The notes under the pieces: model-generated
The model's input: only the letters and a program-made list of their open reading frames with translations
The model's database searches: none
Told to the model about the DNA's origin: nothing
Assembly: GCA_026129095.1 (NCBI GenBank)
Contig: JAHCIT010000002.1
Coordinates: 186,001 to 250,000, forward strand
From: Deltaproteobacteria bacterium
Lineage (GTDB): Bacteria > JAGRBM01 > JAHCIT01
Length of the DNA: 64,000 nucleotides
Direction of reading: 5' to 3'
In this document: piece after piece, positions 20,088 to 29,113 of the stretch
Layout: each line of letters starts with the position of its first letter
Numbering within the stretch: the stretch's first letter is position 1
Position numbers and translations under genes: made by a program

Positions 20088-20528
20088 TTACTGCGGCATC
20101 ACGGCCTGGAGCTGCATGAGGATGCCCATGTCACCCGTCACGACCATCTGGCCACTCATGAACAGCTGCTGCGGGGGCATCTGGCCCGTCTGCATCAGCT
20201 TCCAGTTCTCGTAGGAGAGCTGGATCGTGGCCGAGGCGTCGGGCTTGTCGCCGGGGACCACCTTGAAGGTGCCGTCGCCCGGGAAGATCATCGCCCACTT
20301 GCCGCCGCCGTCACCGGTGATGTCCCACAGGAGCGAGCCGTTCACCATGGCAAGGGTATCCTTCACCTCGGCGCCGCGCTTTTCGAACATGTAGGGCATG
20401 ATCACCTCGTACGCCTGCTTCGGGGTGGCGTCCTTGGCCACGTCGCGGAGCGCGTTGTTGTCGCTGGCGTTGATCTTGGCGAGTTCCGCCTTCACCTGGT
20501 CGGCGTTCATGTCTGGAGTAATGGGCAT
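20088..20528 (-). CDS. SCP2 sterol/lipid-binding domain protein
   Basis: WDITGDGGGKW, ATI, QQLFMSGQMVVTGDMGILMQL match the SCP2 signature. Confidence 0.85.
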   Translation of the reverse strand: MPITPDMNADQVKAELAKINASDNNALRDVAKDATPKQAYEVIMPYMFEKRGAEVKDTLAMVNGSLLWDITGDGGGKWAMIFPGDGTFKVVPGDKPDASATIQLSYENWKLMQTGQMPPQQLFMSGQMVVTGDMGILMQLQAVMPQ

Positions 20529-20624
20529 GTTTCTGTTCCTTCCTTCTGGATGGTTTGGTTAAGGGGCCGTGTTTCTATCTGCCACGCGGGTCTTTTGCAA
20601 AACACCGCGTCTTGCCGGTTGATG

Positions 20625-21881
20625 CTACTTGCCGAGGCCCAGCTCGTTGCGGGCCGCGGTCAGGTAGTTGATGTGCGTCGTCCCGGCGCCGAGCTCCAGC
20701 AGCTTGGAGTCCCGCGCCAGCTTCTCGATGTGGTACTCCTCCATGTAGCCGTAGCCGCCGTGGAGCTGGATCGCCTTGAGTGCCACATCCACACATGCCT
20801 GCGAGCAGTAGGCCTTGGATGCGTTGATGAACGACACGTCGCGGATACCCTTCTTCTGCATCCAGGCCGTGCGGTAAACGATGTTCTCGACGTTCTTCAG
20901 CTTCACGTACATGTCGGCGATATCGAGCTGGACCGCCTGGAACTCGCCCACAACGCGGCCGAACTGCTTGCGCTCCTGCACGTACTTGACCGACCGCTCG
21001 TAGCATTCCTCGATGATGCCGAGTGCCATCGCCGGGATCCCCGACCGCTCGTTGCCGAGCGACTCCTTGGTGTCGGCGCGTCCCTCGGCGGTCTTTTCCT
21101 TGCCGCCCAGCAGGTTTGCCTTCGGCACCCGGACGTCCTCGAAGAACAGCTCGCTCGTGGGGCTGTCGCGCATGCCCATCTTCTTGAACGGCTTGCCCTG
21201 GGTAAAGCCCGGCATCCCCTTTTCGAGGATGAAGGTGTTGACCGGCATCTCGGCCACCGGCTGCCCGCGGTCGATCTTGGCATAGACCACGAAGACATCG
21301 GCGCACGGGCCGTTGGTAATGAACGTCTTCTGGCCGTTCAGGACATAGTAGTCGCCGTCAGGCTTCGCCACGCTGCGCATGGAGCCGAAGGCGTCGGAGC
21401 CGGCGCCCGGCTCGGTCAGGCACCAGGAGCCCACCTTCTCCATCGTGGCCATCGGGATGCCGTACTTCTCCACCTGGTCGGCGTTGCCCTTGGAGATGAT
21501 CGCCCCGCCGGCAAGGCCCATCGAGACGCCCCAGCTCATCGCAAAGCCGGGCGACACCCGCGAGAGTTCCTTCACGACGACCATCATCAGCATCGGGTCG
21601 CCGCCGCCCTCGCCCATCAGCTCGCTCATGGCGGAGTTCGGGGCCTCGTTCTTCTTCTCGACCCCGGCGCCGGACTCCTGCTCCCGGAGCTTCTTCACCC
21701 GCTTCTGGAGGGCCATCTTCGACATGGCGTCGAGGCCGAACTGCTTCATCATGCTGCGCATGAGGTCGTAGGGGAGCATCTCTCCCTCTTCGAGCTTCGA
21801 AATGTTCGGACGCAGGTTCTTGTCGCACCACTGGCGGATCATCTGCTGCGTCATCTTGTGCATTTCATTCAGTTCAAACAC
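20625..21881 (-). CDS. Acyl-CoA dehydrogenase (IVD/LCAD-type catalytic Glu position)
   Basis: LTEPGAGSDA, GQKTFITNG, KMGMRDSPT, NER, RKQFG, HGGYGY, GAGT; GTG start after AAGGAG. Confidence 0.92.
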   Translation of the reverse strand: MFELNEMHKMTQQMIRQWCDKNLRPNISKLEEGEMLPYDLMRSMMKQFGLDAMSKMALQKRVKKLREQESGAGVEKKNEAPNSAMSELMGEGGGDPMLMMVVVKELSRVSPGFAMSWGVSMGLAGGAIISKGNADQVEKYGIPMATMEKVGSWCLTEPGAGSDAFGSMRSVAKPDGDYYVLNGQKTFITNGPCADVFVVYAKIDRGQPVAEMPVNTFILEKGMPGFTQGKPFKKMGMRDSPTSELFFEDVRVPKANLLGGKEKTAEGRADTKESLGNERSGIPAMALGIIEECYERSVKYVQERKQFGRVVGEFQAVQLDIADMYVKLKNVENIVYRTAWMQKKGIRDVSFINASKAYCSQACVDVALKAIQLHGGYGYMEEYHIEKLARDSKLLELGAGTTHINYLTAARNELGLGK

Positions 21882-22042
21882 GGCGCTTCTCCTTGGCGGG
21901 GCGCCCTGGCGGCGGCTCCGCGGAACAGGTTGTGACGGCCGGTAATGACAGGCAGCCGGACCCCTCCGGCCGCCGCCGGGGCCTTCTGCAAGGCGGTCCC
22001 GGCGGGTGTTCCCGATCCATCCGGACACCGGTTTGCCACGAT

Positions 22043-22058
22043 TTGACTGATGAGTCAA
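22043..22058. promoter_or_regulatory. Palindromic operator TTGACT-N4-AGTCAA, copy 1
   Basis: TTGACTGATGAGTCAA upstream of the acyl-CoA dehydrogenase. Confidence 0.55.
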
Positions 22059-22147
22059 TCATGGAAGTGGGGACATAAAATGAAAGCAGCGCACGGGATT
22101 TCACCCCGAAACGCTGCTTCTGGAATTCGGATATCGTGCGTTTTGGG

Positions 22148-22639
22148 TCAGTTACCGGCACCAGCCTTTTTCAGCTTCACCGCCTTGCCGGAAATTTCCG
22201 AGCAATAACGCGAGAAGAAAACCGGGACCGAAAAACCATCCGATTTGCCTTTGGTCACGAGGATCACGTCTGCACCGGCGGTGCTGGACAACGCGGTGTA
22301 GGTTGCGGCATCCAGAGAGTCCTGCTCATCCACGCCGGCAAACATAGAGGACAACGGCCGGAACAACGGTCCGTAAAACGTCATAATATCAAAGCCGCCT
22401 GCTACTTCTCCGCTTGCCGAGATCACCGGCGACCCGGAGGCGGTGAATTTCGGTCCGGTACGGATAAAAAATATCTTGGAAGCACATTCACGAGCAGTGA
22501 TATCGCCAATCAAATCGAAGTCGTAGGTACCGGACATGCCTGGAGGCGGCGGAGTTACGTTAAGGCTTCTACTGTCCTTCGCGGCGCAACCGGCGATCAA
22601 CAGCACAAAAGCAGCAAAAAGGGGTTTCGAGGCATTCAT
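22148..22639 (-). CDS. Small hypothetical lipoprotein, visibly lower GC
   Basis: MNASK...LIAGC lipobox; two further Cys; AAGGA upstream of ATG 22639. Confidence 0.7.
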   Translation of the reverse strand: MNASKPLFAAFVLLIAGCAAKDSRSLNVTPPPPGMSGTYDFDLIGDITARECASKIFFIRTGPKFTASGSPVISASGEVAGGFDIMTFYGPLFRPLSSMFAGVDEQDSLDAATYTALSSTAGADVILVTKGKSDGFSVPVFFSRYCSEISGKAVKLKKAGAGN

Positions 22640-22677
22640 GATGTCGTATGATCCTTTCTGAAACTGGAATGCCGCGC

Positions 22678-22708
22678 ACAATACCCCCCCCCCCCTATTA
22701 AAAGTCAA
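22678..22708 (-). promoter_or_regulatory. Sigma70-like promoter with G12 tract in the spacer
   Basis: Minus strand TTGACT (22708-22703), 19-bp spacer containing G12 (plus-strand C12 at 22684-22695), TATTGT (22683-22678). Confidence 0.6.
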
Positions 22709-22875
22709 TATTTTTTTCGATTTGCCTGATGACCACACCCATCACCAGACCGTCTGAATCCCAAGATTTCGGATTTTCCAGGAGCGTTTTCGGCGTTACG
22801 AGCACCTGCTTTTCAATCGTCATAATACAGGCTCCCTAGCTTCCAGTATGGCTCAAGAGGCAGTCCCCTAACAAT

Positions 22876-22891
22876 TTGACTCGCAAGTCAA
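22876..22891. promoter_or_regulatory. Palindromic operator TTGACT-N4-AGTCAA, copy 2
   Basis: TTGACTCGCAAGTCAA about 60 bp upstream of the FATP-type ligase. Confidence 0.55.
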
Positions 22892-22949
22892 CTTTTGGGT
22901 TAGGGTGCATATCCGTTGGCACAAAAATCACGGAGGGGTGGTTTATCTC

Positions 22950-24728
22950 ATGGGTCTCATGTCCACGCTCAGGTTCCTGAACGTCACGGTTCGCAGCATC
23001 TATACCGTCGCGGTCACGCTGAAGGACGGCACGAAGCTCTCGGCGGCGAAGCTCGTCGAGGAGACAGCGGCGAAGTCCCCGAACCAGGCCTGCGTCAAAT
23101 ATGAAGACCGGGTCTACACGTACAAGGAGTTCAACGAGGCCTGCAACCGGGTCGCCGATGCGTTCCTGAAGGACGGCGCGAAAAAGGGTGACGTCGTGGC
23201 GCTCCTCATGGACAACCGCCCCGAATACCTCATCACGATGGTCGGCCTGAACAAGATCGGCGTCGTCACTTCGCTCATCAACACCCACGTTACCGGCGTC
23301 CAGCTCGTTCACGCCATCAAGATCTGCAACCCCCGCTGGATCATGGTGGGCAACGAGCATCTTGCGAACCTGAAGGAGATCGAAGCGGATCTGCCGAACG
23401 GCCTCTCCATGAAGGACCTGCTGGTCTGGTCGGACACGCCGGACGTCCAGATGCCCTCGCAGGCGCGCCTGTTCAATCCCATTGTGAAGCAGTCGGGAAA
23501 TACGAACCCGCCGACGACCGCCGACCAGACGGTGAACGACCCGATGATCTACATGTACACGTCCGGAACGACCGGGCTCCCCAAGGCGGCCCTCATCAAG
23601 AACCAGCGGTTCCTCCGGGCGGCATTCTCCTTCGGGCGGATACTGTCCAAGCTCCAGCCGAGCGACACGACCTACCTTGCGCTTCCCCTCTACCATGCGA
23701 CGGGCGCCGTCGCGGCCTGGGGCGCGGTCGTCGCCACGGGGTCGGCCATCGCACTCCGGCGCAAGTTCTCGGCGACCCAGTTCTGGGACGACGTGGTGAA
23801 GTACGACGCCACGGCGTTCAACTACATCGGCGAGGTCTGCCGCTATCTGCTGCACACGCCGCCCCATCCCCTGGAAAGAAAGCACAAGCTCCGGCTCATG
23901 ATCGGTGCCGGAATGCGAAAGGACGTCTGGATCCCGTTCGTCGAGCGGTTCGGCGTCAAGGAAGTGATCGAGTTCTACGCCGCCACCGAGGGCAACGTCG
24001 CCATCGTCAACATTGACGGCGAGCCCGGCATGCTGGGCAGGCTGCTCCCCGGCCAACGGGTCGTGAAGATTGACGCCGAGACCGAGGAGATCGTCCGCGA
24101 CGCCCAGGGCCGCTGCGTGGACGCCAGACCCGGCGAGCAGGGAATCCTCGTGGGGCTCATGAACCAGATCAACCGGTTCGACGGCTACCTGGACAAGTCC
24201 AAGACCGAGGAGAAGATCATCCGCAACGCCTTCGGCGACGGCAACGACTATTTCAACACGGGCGACCTGGTGAACATGCACAAGGGGAAGAAGGTCTCCT
24301 TCGCCGACCGGCTGGGCGACACCTACCGCTGGAAGGGCGAGAACGTCTCGACCAACGAGGTGTCCATCGTACTGAACCAGTGTCCCGGCGTGATCGAGAC
24401 GAACGTCTACGGTGTGGAGGTTCCCGGCGCCGAGGGCCGGGCCGGCATGGCGGCCGTCGTCGTCAACGGCGAGTTCGACGTCGCCCGGTTCGGAAAGCAC
24501 GTGGCCGAGGGGCTCCCCCGGTACGCCCTCCCCTACTTCATCCGGCTCCAGAAGCAGCTCGAACTGACGGGCAGCTTCAAGTACGTGAAAACGCACCTGA
24601 AGAAGGAAGGGTTCGACCCGGCGAAGGTGAACGAACCGGTCTACTTTTTCGATTCCGTCACCAAGACTTACGTCCCCGTCACACCGGAACTGTTCGAGCG
24701 GATCAACCGCGGCGAAGTGTCCGTGTAA
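22950..24728 (+). CDS. Long/very-long-chain acyl-CoA synthetase (FATP/SLC27-like)
   Basis: YTSGTTGLPKAA, LPLYHA, YIGEVCRYL, EFYAATEG, DRLGDTYRWKGENVST, EGRAGMA. Confidence 0.92.
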   Translation: MGLMSTLRFLNVTVRSIYTVAVTLKDGTKLSAAKLVEETAAKSPNQACVKYEDRVYTYKEFNEACNRVADAFLKDGAKKGDVVALLMDNRPEYLITMVGLNKIGVVTSLINTHVTGVQLVHAIKICNPRWIMVGNEHLANLKEIEADLPNGLSMKDLLVWSDTPDVQMPSQARLFNPIVKQSGNTNPPTTADQTVNDPMIYMYTSGTTGLPKAALIKNQRFLRAAFSFGRILSKLQPSDTTYLALPLYHATGAVAAWGAVVATGSAIALRRKFSATQFWDDVVKYDATAFNYIGEVCRYLLHTPPHPLERKHKLRLMIGAGMRKDVWIPFVERFGVKEVIEFYAATEGNVAIVNIDGEPGMLGRLLPGQRVVKIDAETEEIVRDAQGRCVDARPGEQGILVGLMNQINRFDGYLDKSKTEEKIIRNAFGDGNDYFNTGDLVNMHKGKKVSFADRLGDTYRWKGENVSTNEVSIVLNQCPGVIETNVYGVEVPGAEGRAGMAAVVVNGEFDVARFGKHVAEGLPRYALPYFIRLQKQLELTGSFKYVKTHLKKEGFDPAKVNEPVYFFDSVTKTYVPVTPELFERINRGEVSV

Positions 24729-24821
24729 TTTTTTGCGCCGGACGCCTTGGCACGTCCGCCGGGCCATGTATGCTCGGCGGGCCGGTTGGGCGTGTCCGGG
24801 CCGGCCGGGACGGTTTTCAGC

Positions 24822-26003
24822 ATGAGGGATACATCGGCATCTGCCGGAAGCGGTTTCTGGGACCGCTTCGTCCGCCCGCCGCCGCCCGACCAGTCCTCCC
24901 GCACCTGGCACATCTCCCCGGCCATTGACGTCATCGCCTACCACTTCAGCTGGGCGCTGCTGCTGGTGCCGCTGGTGATGCTCGCCGGCAACAACCAGCA
25001 CCGCGACTACGCCATCGTCTTCGTCATGGTGCTGGGCGTGAACTTCGCCCACCGGCACTACGGGTTTCCTTACGCCTATCTCGACGGCGACGTGTTCCGC
25101 CTCCACCGGGTAAAGCTGCTCTGGTTCCCGCTGGCGGCGGGAGCCCTGTTCCTCCTGACTCCATGGTTCACGGACGGCAGTTTCCTGGACATCGGCAAGA
25201 CGAACGGCCGCCTCGTCATTGCCGGCATGGTGCTTTTTTCCGTCCTGTGGAATTTCTGGCACACCTACATGCAGAAGTTCGGGATCATGCGGATCTACAT
25301 GGCCAAGGATGAGGCTCCCCCCGAGCGGAAAACCCCGCCGTGGGTGGACAAGCTTTTCCTGTTCTGCTGGTTTCCGCTCTACTTCGCCTGGGTTGGACCC
25401 AGGTACAAGAACCTGATCTACCAGAACGCGCCGTCCATGCGGCGGGCGATCCGGCCGGTGATCCAGTTCCTCGAAACAAACCAGGCCCTCATGATGACGC
25501 CGGGGGTGATCCTCGCGGCGGCGGGCGTGGGACTATGGTTCTGGCACGAATGGCGCGCCCACCGGCTGCGCAATCCGGCACGGATGTCGATGGGGCTCGC
25601 GATGCTGCTGCTCTCGACGTCGCTGTTCTGGATAAACCCGGTAAAGGTGTACATCTCCTTCGCCTTCAGCCATGCGGTCGAATACATGGTGTTCGTCTGG
25701 GCCTTCCAGCGGCGGCGTTACCATGAACCGGCAAGGCCGGAAGCCGCGCCCTCGCTCATGGCCCGGCTGGTCGCTCGCCCGGTCCTGTTCTACGGCAGCA
25801 TCACGTTCGTCCTGCTGATCATCCCGGCCATCGAGTACGGATGGGGAGCATGGTTCACCCCGCCGGTACCAAGGGTGACGATCGCGGGCGTGAGCGGCAG
25901 CAACTGGTTCCTCATGTACGCCGTCTACCAGTCGATGGTACATTTCTACATGGACGGCTTCCTGTGGAAGATCCGCCGCCCGGAAGTGATCGCCAATCTC
26001 TGA
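24822..26003 (+). CDS. Polytopic membrane protein with His motifs, function unknown
   Basis: Roughly 9-10 hydrophobic segments; NFAHRH, FWHTYMQKFG, FSHAVEY, VHFYMDGFLW. Confidence 0.7.
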   Translation: MRDTSASAGSGFWDRFVRPPPPDQSSRTWHISPAIDVIAYHFSWALLLVPLVMLAGNNQHRDYAIVFVMVLGVNFAHRHYGFPYAYLDGDVFRLHRVKLLWFPLAAGALFLLTPWFTDGSFLDIGKTNGRLVIAGMVLFSVLWNFWHTYMQKFGIMRIYMAKDEAPPERKTPPWVDKLFLFCWFPLYFAWVGPRYKNLIYQNAPSMRRAIRPVIQFLETNQALMMTPGVILAAAGVGLWFWHEWRAHRLRNPARMSMGLAMLLLSTSLFWINPVKVYISFAFSHAVEYMVFVWAFQRRRYHEPARPEAAPSLMARLVARPVLFYGSITFVLLIIPAIEYGWGAWFTPPVPRVTIAGVSGSNWFLMYAVYQSMVHFYMDGFLWKIRRPEVIANL

Positions 26004-26031
26004 GACCGACGTCCGGAACGGACCCGTCCGT

Positions 26032-27369
26032 TCAGTTGGCCGGCACGGCGGTCCTGAGCCGGGGGCGGTTCTGGTAGCGCTGGTAGAACCCGCTGCCGCC
26101 GCCATCGGGAAACCGGGGCGGCAGGAGCACCTGGGCCCCGAAGGAATACCACTGCGCCTTCAGGTTTTCCCAGCGGTTCAGCTCGAATCCGCTGCAGGGG
26201 CTGCAGCCGCGCACGCGCTCCGGGGCGTCGTCCAGCTCGCTGTTGTCGATGTAGTAGGCCGAGGGGTTGAGACTCAGCGCCTTGTCGTAATAGACGAACA
26301 CCATCTCGTTGAGCCCGCGACCTGTCACGAGAAACCACGGCTCGTTACCCATGCTCACCAGGACGGGCTCCTTTGCCGAGTTGCCCTCGACCGGGAGACC
26401 CTGCGGCTCGGTCTTGGTGACAAACCGGACGCCCGTGAGCCCATTGAAATCCATGACGAACTGCACGTCCATCGAGGACGTGAACAGCGCCGCGTGTCCC
26501 GGCAGCCGGAACCGGACCCTCGCGTCCCAGATCCGCTCGTAGTGGATGAAATCCACGAAGGCGCTGATGGTGAACCCCGGCAGCGGCGTCACCGAGATCG
26601 ACACGTGCCGGATGATCCGCACCGGCCCGGTCCGCACGCCCTCCAGCGTGCCCCTGATATCATCCTCGTTGACGCGGATCGTGATGAGGTCGCCGAGCGA
26701 GCGCGCCTTCATCCGGACCTTGAGGCGGTCGAAGAAATCCTCCTTCCCGCCCCGGTAGTCCCTGAACTGGAGCCGGTCGAAGATGTGCGGCTTCTTCAGC
26801 GAATAGCCCCAGGAGTAGCCCGGGGCATGGACGGCATCCCCGGCCCGCTCGTAGCGGAGGTTCGTCGTGCCCGGCACGGCGGAAAACGGGCCAACGAGCG
26901 CATAGAGGCGGTCCGGTCCGCCGTCCGGGCGCGAGAACCTGAGCTCGATGATCTTCCCCTGCGCCCGCGCCAGCTGTTCCTCCAGGCAGGCCCCGCCCAG
27001 GTCGCGCTCCATGAAGACGATCTCGTCATTGGCGTCTATGACGCCCGGTGTGTCGTCCTTCGAGGGGCCGGTGAGCGGCAGGTTCGACACGATCCGGCCG
27101 TCGGCGGTGTATTCGTCCACCTGGAAGACGATCGACCGGATCCGGCCGTCGGAGCAGGAAAAGAGCGACAGCTCGGCGGCCTTGACCCCCTGGAGCGCGG
27201 CCGCCTCCGACCCGGTAAAGATGACCGGGAGGATGGATTCCTCTCCGGACGCGGCGTGCGCGAACGGCACCGCAGCCAGCCACGCCAGCACGGCCCAGGC
27301 CGCCCATGATGATCGCAACCGGTAAACCACAGGTTTTCCCCGGACCAGCCCGCCCCCGCGGGCTCCCAT
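26032..27369 (-). CDS. Secreted hypothetical protein
   Basis: Signal-peptide-like WAAWAVLAWLAAVPFAHA; FQVDE and IDANDEIVFM; beta-rich; start uncertain. Confidence 0.65.
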   Translation of the reverse strand: MGARGGGLVRGKPVVYRLRSSWAAWAVLAWLAAVPFAHAASGEESILPVIFTGSEAAALQGVKAAELSLFSCSDGRIRSIVFQVDEYTADGRIVSNLPLTGPSKDDTPGVIDANDEIVFMERDLGGACLEEQLARAQGKIIELRFSRPDGGPDRLYALVGPFSAVPGTTNLRYERAGDAVHAPGYSWGYSLKKPHIFDRLQFRDYRGGKEDFFDRLKVRMKARSLGDLITIRVNEDDIRGTLEGVRTGPVRIIRHVSISVTPLPGFTISAFVDFIHYERIWDARVRFRLPGHAALFTSSMDVQFVMDFNGLTGVRFVTKTEPQGLPVEGNSAKEPVLVSMGNEPWFLVTGRGLNEMVFVYYDKALSLNPSAYYIDNSELDDAPERVRGCSPCSGFELNRWENLKAQWYSFGAQVLLPPRFPDGGGSGFYQRYQNRPRLRTAVPAN

Positions 27370-27425
27370 TCATTCAGTACGCTAACGAATCACGGCCGGG
27401 ATGTCACTGGATTTGCGGTCTCCGC

Positions 27426-28535
27426 CTAGCCGGCCTCCGCCAGAAGGTAGCTTGTGCTTCGGCCACCGGCAGGAGCCCTCACCAGTATGCCCCGCACGAT
27501 AAGATCGTTGATATCCCGGGATGCGGTGTCCTGAGAACATTTGCATAGGGCTGCCCATTTCGACGAGGTGAGCTTTCCCGTGAAACCGTCCAGCAGGCGG
27601 TTGAGCATGGCCTTTTGCCGGCCGTTGAAGGAGGCTTCCCTGTGGATTTCCCAGAACCGCGCTTTCCTGAGGACCACCGACAGGGCCGCCTCGGTGCCCC
27701 CAATGGCCCGGCCGAGGCAGTCGAGGAACCACCCAAGCCATCCGGTAATATCGAGACTGCCTTTCTGGGTGATTTCCAGAATGTCGTAATAGGCTTTCTT
27801 CTCGGTGCAGATCTGCGCGGACATGCTGTAGAAACGCTGCACGCTGTTTTCCGATCTGGCCAGCGCCATGTCGGCAATCGCACGGGCAATCCGGCCGTTT
27901 CCGTCCTCGAAGGGATGGATGGTCACGAACCATAGATGGGCAATGGCCGCCTTGAGTACGCCGCCATCGGGCTCGCTGCCATCGAACCACGCCAGGAACC
28001 TGCGCATCTCGGACGGGAGCCTGTCCGCAGGCGGAGCTTCGTAGTGAACCCGCTGACGGCCTTGCGGGCCGGAAACCACCTGCATCGGTCCCTCCCGGTC
28101 GTCGCGCCAATTGCCCACCCTGATAATGCGCATGCCGCTCCGGCCGGTGGGAAAAAGAGCCGCATGCCAGCCCAAAAGCCGTTCTTCCGTCAGCCGGACG
28201 TGGCATTCCTGCGTGGCGTCCAGCATCATCTCCACGACGCCTTCCACATGGCGGTCGGCGGGGGGCAAGGCACCTGCCTCCATCCCCAGGCGGCGGGCGA
28301 TGGACGAGCGCACCTGCTCCCGGCTCAGAATCTCGCCTTCGATCTCGCTGGACTTGAGCACGTCTTCGGTGAGGGTTTGAAGAACGGCCTCGCCGCGGAG
28401 CCGGAATCCGAGGGTTTCCATCCGCCCCAGAAGCCGCCCCTGCTGGTGCCGCACCGCACCGAGCTTCATGGCCAGGAGTTCCGAATCCCAAGTAAATTCC
28501 GGCCAAGTGGTGAGTTGATGAATATAGATAGACAA
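27426..28535 (-). CDS. Fic family protein (DUF4172 N-terminus, C-terminal HTH)
   Basis: HPFEDGNGRIAR Fic motif, YIHQ..WPEF.W, SSEIEGE, KCSQDTASRDI...GGRSTSY; TTG start. Confidence 0.92.
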   Translation of the reverse strand: MSIYIHQLTTWPEFTWDSELLAMKLGAVRHQQGRLLGRMETLGFRLRGEAVLQTLTEDVLKSSEIEGEILSREQVRSSIARRLGMEAGALPPADRHVEGVVEMMLDATQECHVRLTEERLLGWHAALFPTGRSGMRIIRVGNWRDDREGPMQVVSGPQGRQRVHYEAPPADRLPSEMRRFLAWFDGSEPDGGVLKAAIAHLWFVTIHPFEDGNGRIARAIADMALARSENSVQRFYSMSAQICTEKKAYYDILEITQKGSLDITGWLGWFLDCLGRAIGGTEAALSVVLRKARFWEIHREASFNGRQKAMLNRLLDGFTGKLTSSKWAALCKCSQDTASRDINDLIVRGILVRAPAGGRSTSYLLAEAG

Positions 28536-28540
28536 GCAGC

Positions 28541-28641
28541 TAATCTCCGCAAATTATGCGGAGATTATACCCGTTACCCTACTATATAGCCAAGCGTAAT
28601 CTCCGTAAATTTTGCGGAGATTATGGCGGTTATTCTCCGCA
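28541..28641. promoter_or_regulatory. Tandem 27-bp palindromes upstream of the fic gene
   Basis: TAATCTCCGCA-N5-TGCGGAGATTA (28541-28567), one-mismatch copy (28597-28623), half-site TATTCTCCGCA (28631-28641). Confidence 0.7.
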
Positions 28642-28676
28642 CGCACCGGGCGCGCGGCGGCCTGCCGGTGGTGCCC

Positions 28677-29075
28677 CTACGCCGCGGTCTTTTCGGTCTT
28701 CCAGACCTTCCGGCCGGTGGCTTTCTCGTAAACCCACACGAACGGCTTGGCGATGATGAACAGCGGCCCCATGACGAGGTGCACGGGGTTCCTGAAGAAG
28801 GCCGGCTGGTTGCCCTCGATGGCGTGGCCGATGAACTGGAAGATCCAGCCCACGACGAACCAGATGGCGAGCGTCTGCCAGTCGAAGTAGCCGCGGAAAA
28901 TCCAGGTGTAGAGTGGCCAGACCAGGCTGAAGACGATCATCGGGATGCCGACGTAGTGCGTCGCCTGGTTCCACGGGTGCTGGTGCTTGAGCCGGTAGAC
29001 CTCCAGGTAGTTCAGTCCGCCCTGCTCGATCAGCCGGTCCACTTCCTCGTGCGAGTATTTCGGTTTGAATGCCAT
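28677..29075 (-). CDS. DUF962/Mpo1-like membrane protein
   Basis: Y...HQHPWNQATHYVGIP and GWIFQFIGHAIEGNQPAF signature; start at ATG 29075. Confidence 0.88.
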   Translation of the reverse strand: MAFKPKYSHEEVDRLIEQGGLNYLEVYRLKHQHPWNQATHYVGIPMIVFSLVWPLYTWIFRGYFDWQTLAIWFVVGWIFQFIGHAIEGNQPAFFRNPVHLVMGPLFIIAKPFVWVYEKATGRKVWKTEKTAA

Positions 29076-29113
29076 CGTCGTCTGCTCCTGCCTGCGGTTT
29101 CCCTGTAGAAGTT

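Noticed and set aside
22836-25262. 808-aa minus-strand ORF
   Set aside because: Antisense to the FATP-type ligase and membrane protein, which carry clear motifs.
28541-28641. Possible mini-CRISPR or IS ends upstream of fic
   Set aside because: Only 2.5 copies with irregular spacing, directly at a gene start; an operator array is the simpler explanation.
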